From contig NW_021833057.1 in the NCBI RefSeq assembly GCF_006345805.1, positions 1 to 64,000 of the forward strand: 64,000 nt of DNA, given 5' to 3'. The notes under the pieces were generated by a model. That model was not told the DNA's origin, ran no database searches, and saw only the letters and a program-made list of their open reading frames with translations. The translations under genes were made by a program, and so were the position numbers. Position 1 is the first letter of the stretch. Each line of letters starts with the position of its first letter. The DNA is from Octopus sinensis. Lineage: Eukaryota. Below are positions 12,181 to 25,800 of the stretch, one piece after another.

Positions 12181-12956
12181 ATATATATATACACAGCATT
12201 ACATAGACATTCCGGTCAATGTAAACCGGATGTTAGATTATGGATTCTAAAAGGACTATACACTCTCACGCACACACGCACACACACACACACGTACAGT
12301 CACTCACTCACTCACTCACACACTCAGGGGGAGAGAAAGACGGTGAGAGAGAGATAAAATTACACAGACAGACATACAGATAGACGGACAACCAGACAGA
12401 CAGACAAACAGATAGCTAGATAGATAGGTGGATAGATAGATAGATAGGTGGATAGATAGATAGATAGGTGGATAGATAGATAGATAGATAGATAGACAGG
12501 CAGAGATAGATAGATAGATAGATAGATCGGTATTCAACATCAAGAAAGAGGAGAAAAAATGTTTCGTTTCCATGTGCGTTCAGACACACGTCATAAATTT
12601 AATAAAGTACTCAAGAATGTAGGAATAAAATTATTAAATCTTTATTATTGGACCAACCACCTCTCCTATCTTTCCCGTCTCCCTCCTATCCCCCTTTCTT
12701 TCTCTCTCTCTCTCGCTCCACTCTCTCCACCTATCTTGATAATTATTAATTCTCCTTTCCATTTATGTCATTCTAAGACAAGCATTATAATTTTCTCAAG
12801 ATTAATTAAGCTGCGACTGTCCTAAAGTGTGTCTCTCTAATTAATGCTCTTCTCATTAGATCACATCTGTTTCAAATCAAGAATGAACTCCGAGAGTTCC
12901 CCAAGAACGAAAGATGGCTGGGATCTAGTTTTCCTACGACACTGTCTCTCATTTTT

Positions 12957-13165
12957 TAAATTTCTTTATTGCCCACAGGGGGCTAAACATAGAGGGGGAC
13001 AAACAAGAACAGACAAAGGGATTAAGTCGATTACATCGACTCCAGTGCGTAACTGGTACTTAATTTATCGATTCCGAAAGCATGAAGGGCAAAGTCGACC
13101 TCGGCGGAATTTGAACTCAGAACGTAACAGCAGACGAAATACCGCTAAGCATTTGCCACGATAAC
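12957..13165 (-). mobile_element. Tail-A Nin SINE monomer
   Basis: Reverse complement of the 1105-1520 family. Confidence 0.85.
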
Positions 13166-13454
13166 TGCTCATTTTCTTGCAGCTGTTTAGCCATCCGGCC
13201 AACCATGACAGATCAAACAATTTTCTAACGCCATTTTAGGATTATGCAGGGTCATATTATAAAGATGTTCTACCTTTAAGGAAGCAGTAAGTACCACCTC
13301 GTGTCCTAGGACACGTACGGCTGGCTACTCGATTTCCATGCTGTTTAAATGACCGATATCACGACTTTCCCTCTGAAGGGGACACCGGTCTATGATCGAG
13401 TAACGCTTTTACCGCTGTGAGAAGTGGAACAGCATGAAATGAGGTCGTTTTGTT

Positions 13455-13775
13455 CAAGAACACAACGCAACTTGAGCAAGTATCTTCTACTATAGCGTCG
13501 GGCTGACCAAAGCCTTGTGAATGGATTTGGTAGACGGAAACTGAAGCCCGTCGTATATGTGTGTGTGTGTGCACATGTTTATGTGTCTGTGTTTGACCCC
13601 ACCGCCATCGCTTGACAACCGATATTGGCGTGTTTAGGTCCCCGTAAATTTGCGGTTTGGTAAAAGATACCGATAGAATAAGTACTAGGCTTACAAAGAA
13701 TAAGTCCTGGGGTCGATTTGTTCGACTAAGGGCAGTGCTCCAACATGGTCGCAATCAAATGACTGAAACAAATAA
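13455..13775 (+). mobile_element. CCTTGGGCAAG-type SINE, 5'-degenerate
   Basis: Homologous to 7469-7890. Confidence 0.8.
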
Positions 13776-14087
13776 AACAATATATATATATTTGTGAGCG
13801 CGAACGTGTGTGTGTGTGAGTTTGATTATATTAAATTGTTACATTGGAGAATAAACTTGTCTGCGATTAATCACAACCCCTCACAAACACATCATTTGAT
13901 CCCATGGCCCAGAAAAGAAAGCACTCAAAACCCAGTCGAATATTTAAACCACTTTGTTATTTGACCGAGTCAGTATTGCGAAAATTCTCGAAAAAAAAAG
14001 GCACAAACTTCTCAAACATGTCTCTCTCTCTCACTCACTCTCTTCTGTTTCAAATTCTCTTATATTGTTGTTGCTGCTGTTGCTGTT

Positions 14088-14391
14088 GAGCGTAGCGGTC
14101 TTCGTCCTAGTGGGAGAAGTCTGAAATGTGGTCCTTTGCTAATCGTAAGACCCGCAGAAGAGAAAGCAGGTCACCCCCCGATACCGAGAGCATCGACGGA
14201 TGGATGAATGCACATCCAGGTTCAGTTGGAGCGAAAGTGTACAACAGGGGTCGCCACCACCCCCTGCCGAGGCTCGTGGAGCTTTGGGTATTTTCGCTCA
14301 ATAACACACACACAACGCCCGGTCTGGGAATCGAAACCGCGATCATCCGACCGCGTGTCCGCTGCCCTAACCATTGGGCCATTGCGCCTCC
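14088..14391 (-). mobile_element. tRNA-derived SINE related to 63164-63445 but with a different tail
   Basis: Minus strand GGAGGCGCAATGGCCCAATGGTTAGGGCAGCGGAC...GGTTTCGATTCCCAGACCGGG, with A and B boxes. Confidence 0.8.
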
Positions 14392-14816
14392 TGCTGTTGC
14401 TGCTATTGTCGTTTTTGATGCTATTTTCGTTGTTGTAGATGATGTCGTTATAGTTGTTGTTGTTGTTGATGTTGTTGGCATTGTTGTTAATATTGTTATT
14501 GTTATTGATTTTGTGTAGCTGAGATAAAATTTAGTCGAGCAGAAACATTCTACACAAATGTTTGGGTGGCGGGGAGCTTATGTAGCCCAAGTGATCTTGC
14601 ATTCCAGATAAACCATGCCGTGACATATCCAAACTGAAATCTATGAGACGCAGGAATCAATCGTATGGGGTGCAATATTGCAGTCTGAACATACTGGTTC
14701 TCTCGCCACTGTCCAGTCTATTTGTGTAGGTCTGTTGTCGTTGATGTTGTTGTTGATGTTTACCATACGAAATTATATTCGTCCGCGTGGTAGAGAGCTT
14801 AATTTTTTTGTCTTTG

Positions 14817-14884
14817 TATTGAGTCTGACGAACTGTTCGCAAGGCTTCGGCTTTTGTGGATACGAAACCTTTGGTAACTCTATA
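14817..14884 (+). ncRNA. Type I hammerhead ribozyme (GUA cleavage), near-intact
   Basis: GAGU-CUGACGA-long stem II capped by cUUCGg-GAAA-CC(UUU)GG-UA/ACUC. A C:C mismatch sits at the base of stem II. Confidence 0.65.
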
Positions 14885-14967
14885 ACCAGGATTTAATTCT
14901 TTGCTTTAATATTACTGCTCTATTCTTTAGAGTGTACCTCTTTTCTGATATATTTTTTATTGACTAA

Positions 14968-15068
<101 letters not shown>

Positions 15069-15567
15069 TATACTCAGTATTATAAAAAATTGTTGTTTAA
15101 GTTTACCGATAATTGTTCTTTTAACATGCCGAAACTGCTTGGCAGAATTATTAATAATTAATAATTATTAATTAATTAATTAATTTTACCCTTTATTATT
15201 ATTGATTATATATATATATATATATATATACAGATAAATATATACGCACTTACATAATCTCGATTCCCTGCATTACAAAGTCTTTGGTCGTATTTCTGTC
15301 GTAGAAATTAATTTGCTGTGTTTGCATCGTGTATTGTAAATGTTTTTCTGAACTAAAGCAAAATTGTTTATCAAAACATCTGCTCATATCCTTGCAATCT
15401 AACAAAGTATAATCTATGCTTTTGTTCATTTATGCAAGCGTCCTTAGTATGGAGTGAGATAAAATATCAGCTCCTCGAAAAACGGTTAAAGAAAAGGAAG
15501 CAGTTCGAAATCCAAAACTAAATGGCCACTAGAATTATGTTGACATCTTGGGCAAATCTTTTATGTT

Positions 15568-16060
15568 AGTGGTTCTCAACTGGGGTTCATATGGCTCTTG
15601 GGGGGGGATCTATATAAAATTTTGTAAAAGTTTCTGTGCAATAAACTGGTTATATTTCAAGGCGGTGAGCTGGCAGAAACGTTAGCACGCCGGGCGAAAT
15701 GCGTAGCTGTATTTCGTCTGCCGTTACGTTCTGAGTTCAAATTCCGCCGAGGTCGACTTTGCCTTTCATGCTTTCGGGGTCGATTAAATAAGTACCAGTT
15801 ACGCACTGGAGTCGATATAATCGACTTAATCCTTATGTCTGTCCTTGTTTGTCTCTTCTATGTTTAGCCCCTTGTGGGTAGTAAAGAAATAGGTATTTTG
15901 TCTGTCTTTATGTTCTGAGTTCAAATTTTTTAGGGCCACCTTCCTCAAAAATTTCGGGCCTTGTGCCTAGAGTAGAAAAGAAACTGGTTATATTTCTACA
16001 ATGCACAAAATATTTAAACATTTTTGATAATATTTTATCATAAAAATATTTTTTTCTTTG
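15568..16060 (+). mobile_element. hAT/Charlie-like MITE fragment interrupted by a SINE
   Basis: Starts TAGTGGTTCTCAACTGGGG (TIR like 28472). Split by the SINE at 15659-15980. Confidence 0.45.
15659..15980 (+). mobile_element. Composite Nin SINE (tail-A unit plus tail-B unit) with 16-bp TSD
   Basis: AAACTGGTTATATTTC at 15643-15658 and 15981-15996. Internal junction AAAGAAATAG|GTATTTTGTCTG. Confidence 0.88.
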
Positions 16061-16818
16061 ACATCGAATAGCAAACAAAATAGGTGCCAAAGGAGGTCGA
16101 TAGGCAAACATTGATTGTGAACTGTTTTAGATAAACATGCAGAATCAACCGAAAGCTTCAATATAGTTTCTTTTGAAACTATATTGAAACTATATACGTT
16201 TTACTGCATTGTACTCCTGAGAAATAATTGATTTTCATTTTCTTAGAAATACAGCGAGATATTTAGTTTCGTTAGTTTTTACTTGGGGCTGAAATCGCAC
16301 AGGAGCTGACTTCTTCCATTCTTCTAAGAAATAAAATAAGTTCCAGACATTTATTAGGTCTGTTTCATAAGACTAAACGCCATTACTTTCCCGGAAAATT
16401 AGCCGTCTTTTAGCAACGGAATCAATCAATATTACATAAGATATTAATGTAAATGACTGATTATAGCAAGAACTAATGTTTGTAGAAGGAAGGAATATGT
16501 AATATTTTATCTTTTAACGTGTTCTTCAGAAATGCTCTAAATATTTAATATGGCAAACACTTTTTCCGTGGATTCTTCTTCGATATATCAAACTAGAATT
16601 AAGTTTACTATTTGTTCTTGTGCTGGTCGTTAAAGATTTATTCAGTAATGCTGCTTATACTATTCAGAAATATAAGAACTTTTAATAATTCATATCACCC
16701 TTTCTTACAAATCTAAGGCCGTGTATCCTTTTATTTCTCTTCCATCATTAAAGTCCTCAACAAACACGAAAGACATAAAAATGTCATTCTCTTCTTCTGT
16801 ATAAACAAATTGTCTACT

Positions 16819-17305
16819 TTTTAGCATTCAGATTACTCTGTCAAATGTAATACCTAGTATCTAATCACATTATTTTGAATTAATAATGTATTATCTCGTA
16901 GCTTTGAGATTTCCATAATGTGGCTATTTTTTTTTAGAGCGATATTTTAAGGTCGGATTCGGAGGTCGGATCTGGCTGGTTCGAATATTCGAATCTATTC
17001 CCATTATTTTGAATTAATAATGTATTATCTAGTAGCTTCGAGATTTCAATAATGTGGCTATTTTTTTTTTAGAGCGATATTTTAAGGTCGGATTCGAAGT
17101 CGGATCTGGCTGGTTCGAATATTCGAATCTATTCCCATTATTTTGAATTAATAATGTATTATCTAGTAGCTTCGAGATTTCAATAATGTGGCTATTTTTT
17201 TTAGAGCGATATTTTAAGGTGGGACTCAGAGATCGGATCTGGCTTTCGAATACGACCAGGTAGAACATTTGGTCCGGGTATGGCCGATTTAAATTACAAA
17301 ATTAA
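16819..17305. mobile_element. MITE-like element with an internal 134-bp tandem repeat (~2.8 copies)
   Basis: CATTATTTTGAATTAATAATG recurs at 16868, 17002 and 17136. Confidence 0.6.
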
Positions 17306-17702
17306 TTATCCTAAACTCTTATGCAAAAAAGAGAAGAAAAACAATTAGATATTCAACCATTTTTGACCAAAGATATCAATCATTTGTTTACCTTCACATA
17401 CCTTCTGGTGTCTTTGGAATTGTGCTAAGCTTCTAGAAAGTCGAGTTCGCAATGTGTTTTCGATTTCCGGTGCAACCATCTTATGTCTCATTTAACACAT
17501 TATTCGTGTCTCTCTTTCTCTCTCTTCCTCCTCTCTCTCTCTCTTCTCTCTCTCTGTAGTTTTGAAGCTTGAGACTCGTTAATCGCAATGTCTTCCTCTT
17601 ATTCCTTGGAAATATGGCAGAAGCGAAACCGAAGAGTCAGTCTCCGGCAACGCCGATACGATTTGGTTTTTATCTAATTTTTATTCTTTTCTATATTCTC
17701 AG

Positions 17703-17803
17703 AGATACCAGTACTAGGTGAACTGAGAAAATGTAGAATAACGTGTCCTGCCGTCAGACACAACGGACCACCTGCAAGTGGATCTGAACTCCAAAATGTT
17801 TGA
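17703..17803 (+). CDS. Candidate terminal coding exon ((E)IPVLGELRKCRITCPAVRHNGPPASGSELQNV*), gene unidentified
   Basis: Strong acceptor TTTTATTCTTTTCTATATTCTCAG, open phase-1 frame to TGA, hydrophobic C-terminal residue. No family recognised. Confidence 0.3.
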
Positions 17804-18011
17804 GCAGGTAGTGCTATAATTTCTCCACTCCAACATTTCACTTGTATTTTGCCAATGTTAGAAATCAATATTTGCTTTGCACGTTCTTGTTTCTCGTGAT
17901 TTCAAAGTCCACCATTGAAGGTTCGTCTTGTGTTTTTTCATGGACGTCGACCAGGTTGAAGAAAGTGATCAAGAATGTATATGTGTGTGCGCAGATGTAA
18001 GTGTGTGTGCT

Positions 18012-18060
<49 letters not shown>

Positions 18061-19032
18061 CATACATATAATCATCATTATTATTATTATTAGAAAATCG
18101 TTTGATTCGGCATGGAGCCAAATCAAACTGTTTTTAATAGCAATAATATATGAAACTCCTAACAAATGTTTTTGAGTGTCTCTTTCCTTCGTTTGTCCAC
18201 TCACTCTCTCACTCATGTATATATATATGTATATATATATATATTATTTTTTTTTCTTGCACTTAGCATTTTGAGTTCAAATCACGCTGTGGTCCACATA
18301 GCTTTTTGTCTCTCCGGGTTCAGTAAAATAAACCAGCTGTGAAACACTGGAGGCCAATTTTTTCTATTTCTATAAAGCTTCTCTTAGATGTGACTGAAAT
18401 TATAATGGAAGAACATTGATTATAGCTTTCTCTTAAATGAAGCAAATGGTTTGAAGCTTAATTAAAACATTTCAAAGATCAAAAACAGACCTCTGAACTG
18501 AAACTAAATTACGTAATTTTGATTAAATTAGTATTATTATTACTTGTAGTTTTAGTAATTCTAATAAGGATCGAACTGAACTTAGTATGATGTGATATTA
18601 TTTCAATTTTTGTTATTATGGGATGGCATGATGTGTGGGGAACTATGCTTTCTTATCTCAAGATAAGGCCACACAATGCATTCTTTGATTTTAAAAACTC
18701 TGATGTTTTCGCTCACAAAAACAACAACTGCAAAAACAACACTTATACAGACCCACCGTTTGCTTGATTTGTTGGGTTGTTTTTTTCGTTTTTTTTTTGT
18801 TTTATTTTACGGTTTATCTATTAATTATTTTTTTTCGTTCTTTTTTTTCCCTGTTTTTCTGTTAAGCTATTTCTATATATATCTATATTCTATGTTTTTC
18901 AATTAAATGAACTTAGAAAAGATATGCACACATACATACATACATCATACATACATAATACATACTACACATAGATATGTGTATATATATATAGATATAT
19001 GTATATATATATATATGTATGTGTAATATATA

Positions 19033-19080
<48 letters not shown>

Positions 19081-19588
19081 CCATGTACATATATATCCCT
19101 ATACATACATAAATATACATACTTTATACTTCCACATTTATATATATATATATATTCTTTCATACATATTGATATATATATGAATATATATATATATATA
19201 TTATATATATATATATATACGTGTGTGTGGGTATGTGCACGCGTGTACCCGTATGCATGTTTGCACACATAATCTATTAAAAACACACGCAATTATTCAA
19301 GCGTTCTTAAACAATTTACAAATTATGTTTCGTACCTGAAATGGCGTTTAGAAATGCATATACGTAAGCAGCTGTGACTCATGAATTAATGCACTCATAC
19401 ATATAGAAAATATACATACATACACACACATACACACAGACACATACACACACATACATACATATTTACATACACACACCAATATATACCCATGAATTTG
19501 AATACTAAGTATGCATACGTATTACTCAACATACCATTCGCTATGAAACTGAGAGAGAGAAAGAGAGTTGTATATATCCATATATATA

Positions 19589-19651
<63 letters not shown>

Positions 19652-19840
19652 GACAGGGAGATTCAGCTGCTATCGCCATCAGACGTCAGTTACCGAGGAA
19701 TCACAGCATGGCGAAATTACGTGATCTGGCTTTTCTAACGGTCGTAGCAGACGATTCTCGTCTGTGAACGATATAACTACTAGTGTTTTTTATGCACTGC
19801 CAGTCTGTATCTCATCCTCTCTCTCTGCCTCTTTCTCTCT

Positions 19841-19892
<52 letters not shown>

Positions 19893-20190
19893 GCTCATAT
19901 GTGCATATGGATGCATATAATGAGAACCATCTACACATAAATGTATGTACAAAAGTACAGGCATGCAGACATATTTACACTTTAACGACTAATGATTCTT
20001 TAATTGTGCATATCTTAAATAGAATCATTCTTGCTTCATCAGGTTATTCATCTCATCTTTTCGGGGTCGACAAATTAAGTACCAGTTGTGTACTGAGATC
20101 GATCTAATCGACTGGCAACATCCCCAAATATTTCGGACCTTGTGCCTAGAAGAACAAATTACTATACATACACACACCTACCTACCTACC

Positions 20191-20230
<40 letters not shown>

Positions 20231-20276
20231 GTATATATATATATATATATATATATAGGTTAGGGGGTAAATTCAC

Positions 20277-20440
20277 AAACAAAAAAAGACGGAGACAGGT
20301 GGTATGGACAACAGATGTATTAGTATAGAAAGGAACACAGAAAGAAACAAGGAAAGAAAATAAAGAATGTGTAGTGGCTAGCGATCTATCATGGCGAATG
20401 CCGGACAGAAGGGTCACACAGGAGAGCTAGGGAGAAGGGG
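20277..20440. mobile_element. Penelope-like terminal fragment between (TA)n tracts
   Basis: Unique sequence bounded on both sides by (TA)n, like the other PLE-like inserts. Class assignment is inference. Confidence 0.35.
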
Positions 20441-20744
20441 ATATATATATATATATATGAAATTAAAGGTTATTTCTAGTTGTTTAGAAAAAAAGCACGT
20501 TCGTATTAAGCAATACATGGCAGTCTGAGTTTGTTGTATGTAATAAGGTGAAATATGTTTATATAAGTTCGTTCTACGTTATGAAAGTACTTTTAGTATT
20601 TTCCTATTTCACCCAAATATTTTCGTACTTCTGCGTTCGATAAAATAACGTAGCAGTCAGGTATTAGGTTCGATTTAATCGATCATCCCTTCCCACAATA
20701 TGTGTTTCCTTTTTAAAATCCACATGCTAGAAGTATTAGAAAAG

Positions 20745-21200
20745 GCGGCGATCTGGCAGAGTCGTTAGCACACCGGGCGAAATGCTTAGCAGTATTTTGT
20801 CTGTGTTTATGTTCTGAGTTCGAATTCCGCCGAGATCGACTTTGCTTTCATCCTTTCGGAGTCAATAAATTAAGTACCAGTTACGCATTGGGGTCTATAC
20901 AATTGACTTAATCCGTTTGTCTGTCCTTGTTTGTCCCCTCCATGTTTAGCCCCTTGTGGGCAATAAAGAAATAAGAATGTTAGGAAAAGGCTGTGAGATG
21001 GCAGTATCATTAGCACGCCGGGCGAAATGTTTAGCGGTATTTCGTCTGTCTTTATGTTCTGAGTTCAAATTCCGCCGAAGTCGACTTTGCTTATCATCCT
21101 TTCGGGGTAAATAAATTTAGTGCTGGTTGCCTACTGGGGTCGATCTAATCGCCTGGCCCGCTACTCCCAAAAGTTCCAGGCCTTGTGCCTATAGTAGAAA
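20745..21200 (+). mobile_element. Two tandem Nin SINEs (tail A, then tail B), each with a head
   Basis: Heads at ~20745 and ~20985, each preceded by a similar AGAA(G)T(A/G)TTAG(G)AAAAGG flank. Confidence 0.85.
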
Positions 21201-21921
21201 GGATTAGAATATTTGGAATCTAATTATGCTCTTATTTTGAATCCCAGAGGAATTCTACTTTAATACATTTGTGCGTGGCCTAGTGGTTAATATTGTACCG
21301 CGTCCTTGAGCAAGGTACTTCTTCTACACGTTGCTCTAATCTAAGTATCAGAAAATGAGTTCCAGCAGCAGTATTAACAGGATTTCGCCGTGCTTTGAAC
21401 TGGTGTTTCTCCCAGCGATTGTCTTGCCTTCGCCACCACCTTAATGCCTTGGAAGTTGAGATAAGAGCACCAACTTAACGAACCTTTATGTTCGAATGTG
21501 TGTGTGCGAGTGTATGTGTGTGTGTGCGTGTATTATATATCTCTGCTTATATAGAGTACCACACACACACTCATGTACGTACGTATGTACGTAAGTATGT
21601 ATGTATACAGTGATAAGAAAAACGGAAACGTCAGATGTACGTATGAGCTACAAGAAGGAAAGAAGCTTTACTTATATGTTTTCAGCCTGAAGCATGAGAT
21701 ATTTCTCTCCCCGTCAGCTACGCAACGACACTTCATTCTTTTTTGGTTCTATAGTGAGCCATATAAATTTATATAAACATTAATCTGCAGGAACATGTCT
21801 TATCGTTTGCTTTTTCAAAGATGTTTCAAAGACAAAAGCAGGATTACATTCTAGATTTTTAGAAAAGATCGACAGAAACATAAAACGAAGTTGGTGCAGA
21901 AGCTATTAGCTTAACTTAACC

Positions 21922-22800
21922 AAATTCCGCCGAGGTCGACTTTGCCTTTCATCCTTTCGGGGTCGATTAAATAAGTACCAGTTACGCACTGGGGTCGATA
22001 TAATCGACTTAATCCGTTTGTCTGTCCTTGTTTGTCCTCTCTGTGTTTAGCCCCTTGTGGATAGTAAAGAAATAGGTATTTCGTCTGCCACTACGTTCTG
22101 ACTTCAAATTCCGCCGAGGTCGACTTTGCCTTTCATCCTTTCATCCTTTCGGAGTCGATAAATTAAGTACCAGTTATGCACTGGAGTCGATGTAATCGAC
22201 TTAATCCGTTTGTCCGTCCTTGTTTGTCCTCTCTGTGTTTAGCCCCTTGTAGGTAGTAAAGAAATAGGTATTTCGTCTGCCACTACGTTCTGAGTTCAAA
22301 TTCCGCCGAGGTCGACTTTGCCTTTCATCCTTTCGGAGTCGATAAATTAAGTACCAGTTATGCACTGGGGTCGATATAATCGACTTAATCCGTTTGTCTG
22401 TCCTTGCTTGTCCTCTCTGTGTTTAGCCCCTTGTGGGTAGTAAAGAAATAGGTATTTCGTCTGCCGCTACATTCTGAGTTCAAATTCTCCGAGGTCGACT
22501 TTGCCTTTCATCCTTTCGGGGTCGATTAAATAAGTACCAGTTACGCACTGGGGTCGATATAATCGACTTAATCCGTTTGTCTGTCCTTGCTTGTCCCCTC
22601 TGTGATTAGTCCCTTGTGGGCAGTAAAGAACTAGGTATTTCGTCTGTATTTACGTTCTGAGTTCAAATTCCGCCGAGGTCGACTTTGCCTTTCATCCTTT
22701 CTGGGGTCAATAAATTAAGTACCAGTTGCACCCTGGGGTCGATATAATCGACTGGTGTGCTTCCCCAAAATTTCGGGCCTTGTTCCTAGAATAGAAAAGA
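21922..22800 (+). repeat. Head-to-tail array of ~183-bp Nin-SINE units (4 tail-A units plus a terminal tail-B unit)
   Basis: Junction AAAGAA(A/C)TAG|GTATTTCGTCTG at 22076, 22268, 22452 and 22635. Confidence 0.92.
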
Positions 22801-23357
22801 ATGTTTATGGAAAATATTAAAGGACTCAATACGTTAAGCCAGGAGGTAGCTGAAGATTCTTAAGCCTTTGAATATACACCAGTACAAGATATTTTATTAA
22901 TGATTTTTGTCGAATGGTGGAAAATAATATTTTGGTATCTTATGATACAAAAGAAGTATCAATGTTCCATTATTAAAAATTTACCGTGGAATGTAAATAT
23001 ATCTTTTTCTAATCGCAAGTCTTACAAAATTAATTAAAAAAATATGTATCTCTTAGGATATTCTATACAGGTCAAAATAAACCATAGTTATAGATCATCA
23101 CCACCACCACCACCACCCAAACTATAACATATGAATAGAATGTTAAATAACTTATTTATTTTGTTGTCAAATAATAAATTTGTTCGTTTCCTTCTATTTG
23201 CTACTCAGTCGCTCGTTACACGTCAGAAAAGAAATAAAAATTATTCCAATTTCAAAAATGATAAATAGAAGTTATAGAGAAATAATAGAGCTAAAAAAAA
23301 AAGAATAAAAGAATTTAAAAAACCATTATGTTAAAAATATTTTCGGCATTAATTCAG

Positions 23358-23677
23358 ATAAGATATTGTGATAGCCTGGGCTTCAGAGGCCCACGGCTCT
23401 TCAATATCCTCCCGAAGAACCTGAGGGGCCTGCATGGTGTAGATGCGGATGTCTTTAAAGTAGGACTGGATCTCTTCCTGTCAGGTGTCCCGGATGAACC
23501 AACTTCTCGGCAGGAGGTGCAGATGAGGACAGCGGCATCGAACTCTCTCATGCATCAGATGGCGTTTGCTAAAAAGCATCCGTGAGGTAAAATCGTGTAG
23601 CAAACCAAATGGCGGTGCCCCAGCATGGCCACAGCTCATTAGCTGAAACTGGAAAAATCAAAATCAAAATCAAAATC
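23358..23677 (+). mobile_element. 5'-truncated CR1/L2-like LINE 3' end with (AAAATC)n tail
   Basis: Reads SLGFRGPRLFNILPKNLRGL...FKVGLDLFLSGVPDEP, typical of CR1/L2-group C-termini. The 3' UTR is shared with a SINE. Confidence 0.8.
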
Positions 23678-24695
23678 ATAACACTGGAAAGGATTAAAAT
23701 GAATGGATAAAAAAAAAAAAAAATTTATCTCACAACTCAAAACATACGAATGATATTGTTCTCGGCATCAACGTAACGTGTTTGAATAGACCAGAATATT
23801 CTAATTAAAGGAATTCTATTGAAGTTTTAACTAAGGAAAATATTTCGAAAGGTTTTTAATAAATCTGTATCGAAATAATAGAATCCCTGCTAAATATACT
23901 TGTATGTAGATATCAAAGAAATATTTTGAAAGGAAAGCTGACAGAATCGAGAGAACGTTGGGAAAATGCCTTGCTGTATTTAGGCTGGTTGTTTACATTC
24001 TCAATTCAAGTCCTGCTAGGGGTCAACTTCGAATTTCATCCTTCCGGAGTCGAAAACATAAAGAACCAGTCACGCATTGACAGTCCATTCAAAGCAGTCG
24101 CCTTATGGCCCAGTTAAAAATGACTTATTGTTATTTAGAGCGATGAGCTGGAAGAGTGGTAAGAACGTCAGAAAAATACTTTATTTTTCCAGTTCTACGT
24201 TCTGAGTTAAAAACCTATCGAGATCAGCTTTGCCTTTCATCCTTTTGATGTCGTTGAAATAAAGTACCAGTCACGTACTAGGATCAATGTAATCAACGAA
24301 CTTTCTAACCTTAAAATTACTTGTCATGTGCCAAAATTGTGAAACAGGCGGTGAGCTGGTAGGTTCGTTAGCACACCGGACTAAACGGTTAGCGATATTT
24401 CATCCGGCTTTACGTTCTGAGTTCACATGCTGCTGAGGTCGGCTTTGCCTTTTATCCTTTCGAGATTAATAAAACGGCACCAGCTAAGAACTGGTACTTA
24501 CCCCTCCTCTCAAAATAGCTTAAGCTTCTGCTAGAACTGGAAAGAATAACATTTCTGAGCTTGTGTCTAATTCAGAAAGAGTAATAATAGAAACAGCATC
24601 ATCGTCGTCGTTATCATCATTATATTTTTATTATTTTATTGACTGCGGCCATGTTGGAACACTAGCTTTAATTATCGTTATTATTATTATAATTT

Positions 24696-24745
<50 letters not shown>

Positions 24746-25534
24746 TGTTTAGAAGTAGAGGGGACAGATTCTAAAATGCAGAAAAGAAAATAATTATATA
24801 TCATAAATACAATACATATATACATCTATTATATGCCATAAAATAAGGTATATGCCGAAAGAGAACTGTTACGGCAGCTTGGATATTCAAGAAATGCCAT
24901 GCAGAAAAACGAAAGTAAAACAAAAAATATAAGATAATAACGTGTCAAAGGAAGATTACATGTCTGAGTTAAGCTTATTATTCTGTCAGAAAAAAAAAGT
25001 TTATAACGAAACACGCTTGAAGAATAACAAGCACATTATTTCTGAGAGATATTTTTGATGAAGACGACATTAATAGTTAAAAGACACACTTGCAGTTAAT
25101 ACAGAAATAATCGCGAAAGTATAATTCTAAAAGTAATTTATTGTAGTGTTACAGTCTGTGTATTGATCCAGTACTTTTATTTCAATAATAGTATATATTT
25201 TAATCTCTGTATTATAATACTTCTCATAGCGTCTGTTATAATACTTCTGACAGCGTCTGTTATTCGCTATCAAAGTGTTATGCGAACTTAATTCATTGTA
25301 CATCAAAGCGGAATTTATGGATTTAGGTAATTAATCCTTTTGACTTTCAAGTATTTCACAAGAAATATTCAAATTCAGATTAATATTTGGTGAAGGAAAT
25401 CAAAATTTCAAACCTAAAGATGTTATTATTCTTATTGGTTTCTTTACCAAAAGCAATGTAACTACAGGAAACCGTGGGTGTCGGAACAAATACCCAGTGC
25501 TTCTTCTACCCATACTACAATTACTCTTTACTCT

Positions 25535-25762
25535 CTTTTACTCTTACTCTTTTACTTGTTTCAGTCATTTGACTGAGGCCATGCTGGAGCACCGCCTTTA
25601 GTCGGGCAAATCGACCCCAGGACTTATTCTTTGTAAGCCCAGTACTTATTCTATCGGTCTGTTTTGCCGAACCGCTAAGTGACGGGGACGTAAACACACC
25701 AGCATCGGTTGTTAAGCAATGCTAGGGGGACAATCACAGACACACAAACATATACACACACA

Positions 25763-25800
<38 letters not shown>

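Noticed and set aside
11611-12199. IYIY/HTHT/LSLS ORFs here and throughout the window
   Set aside because: Stop-free microsatellite reading frames, not genes.
12844-13164. Recurring RNWYLIYRPR…QSRPRRNLNSER ORFs
   Set aside because: Antisense translation of the Nin SINE.
21922-22800. CRISPR-like or retrozyme-like array
   Set aside because: The units are SINE bodies without unique spacers, and I found no hammerhead or HDV core in the unit.
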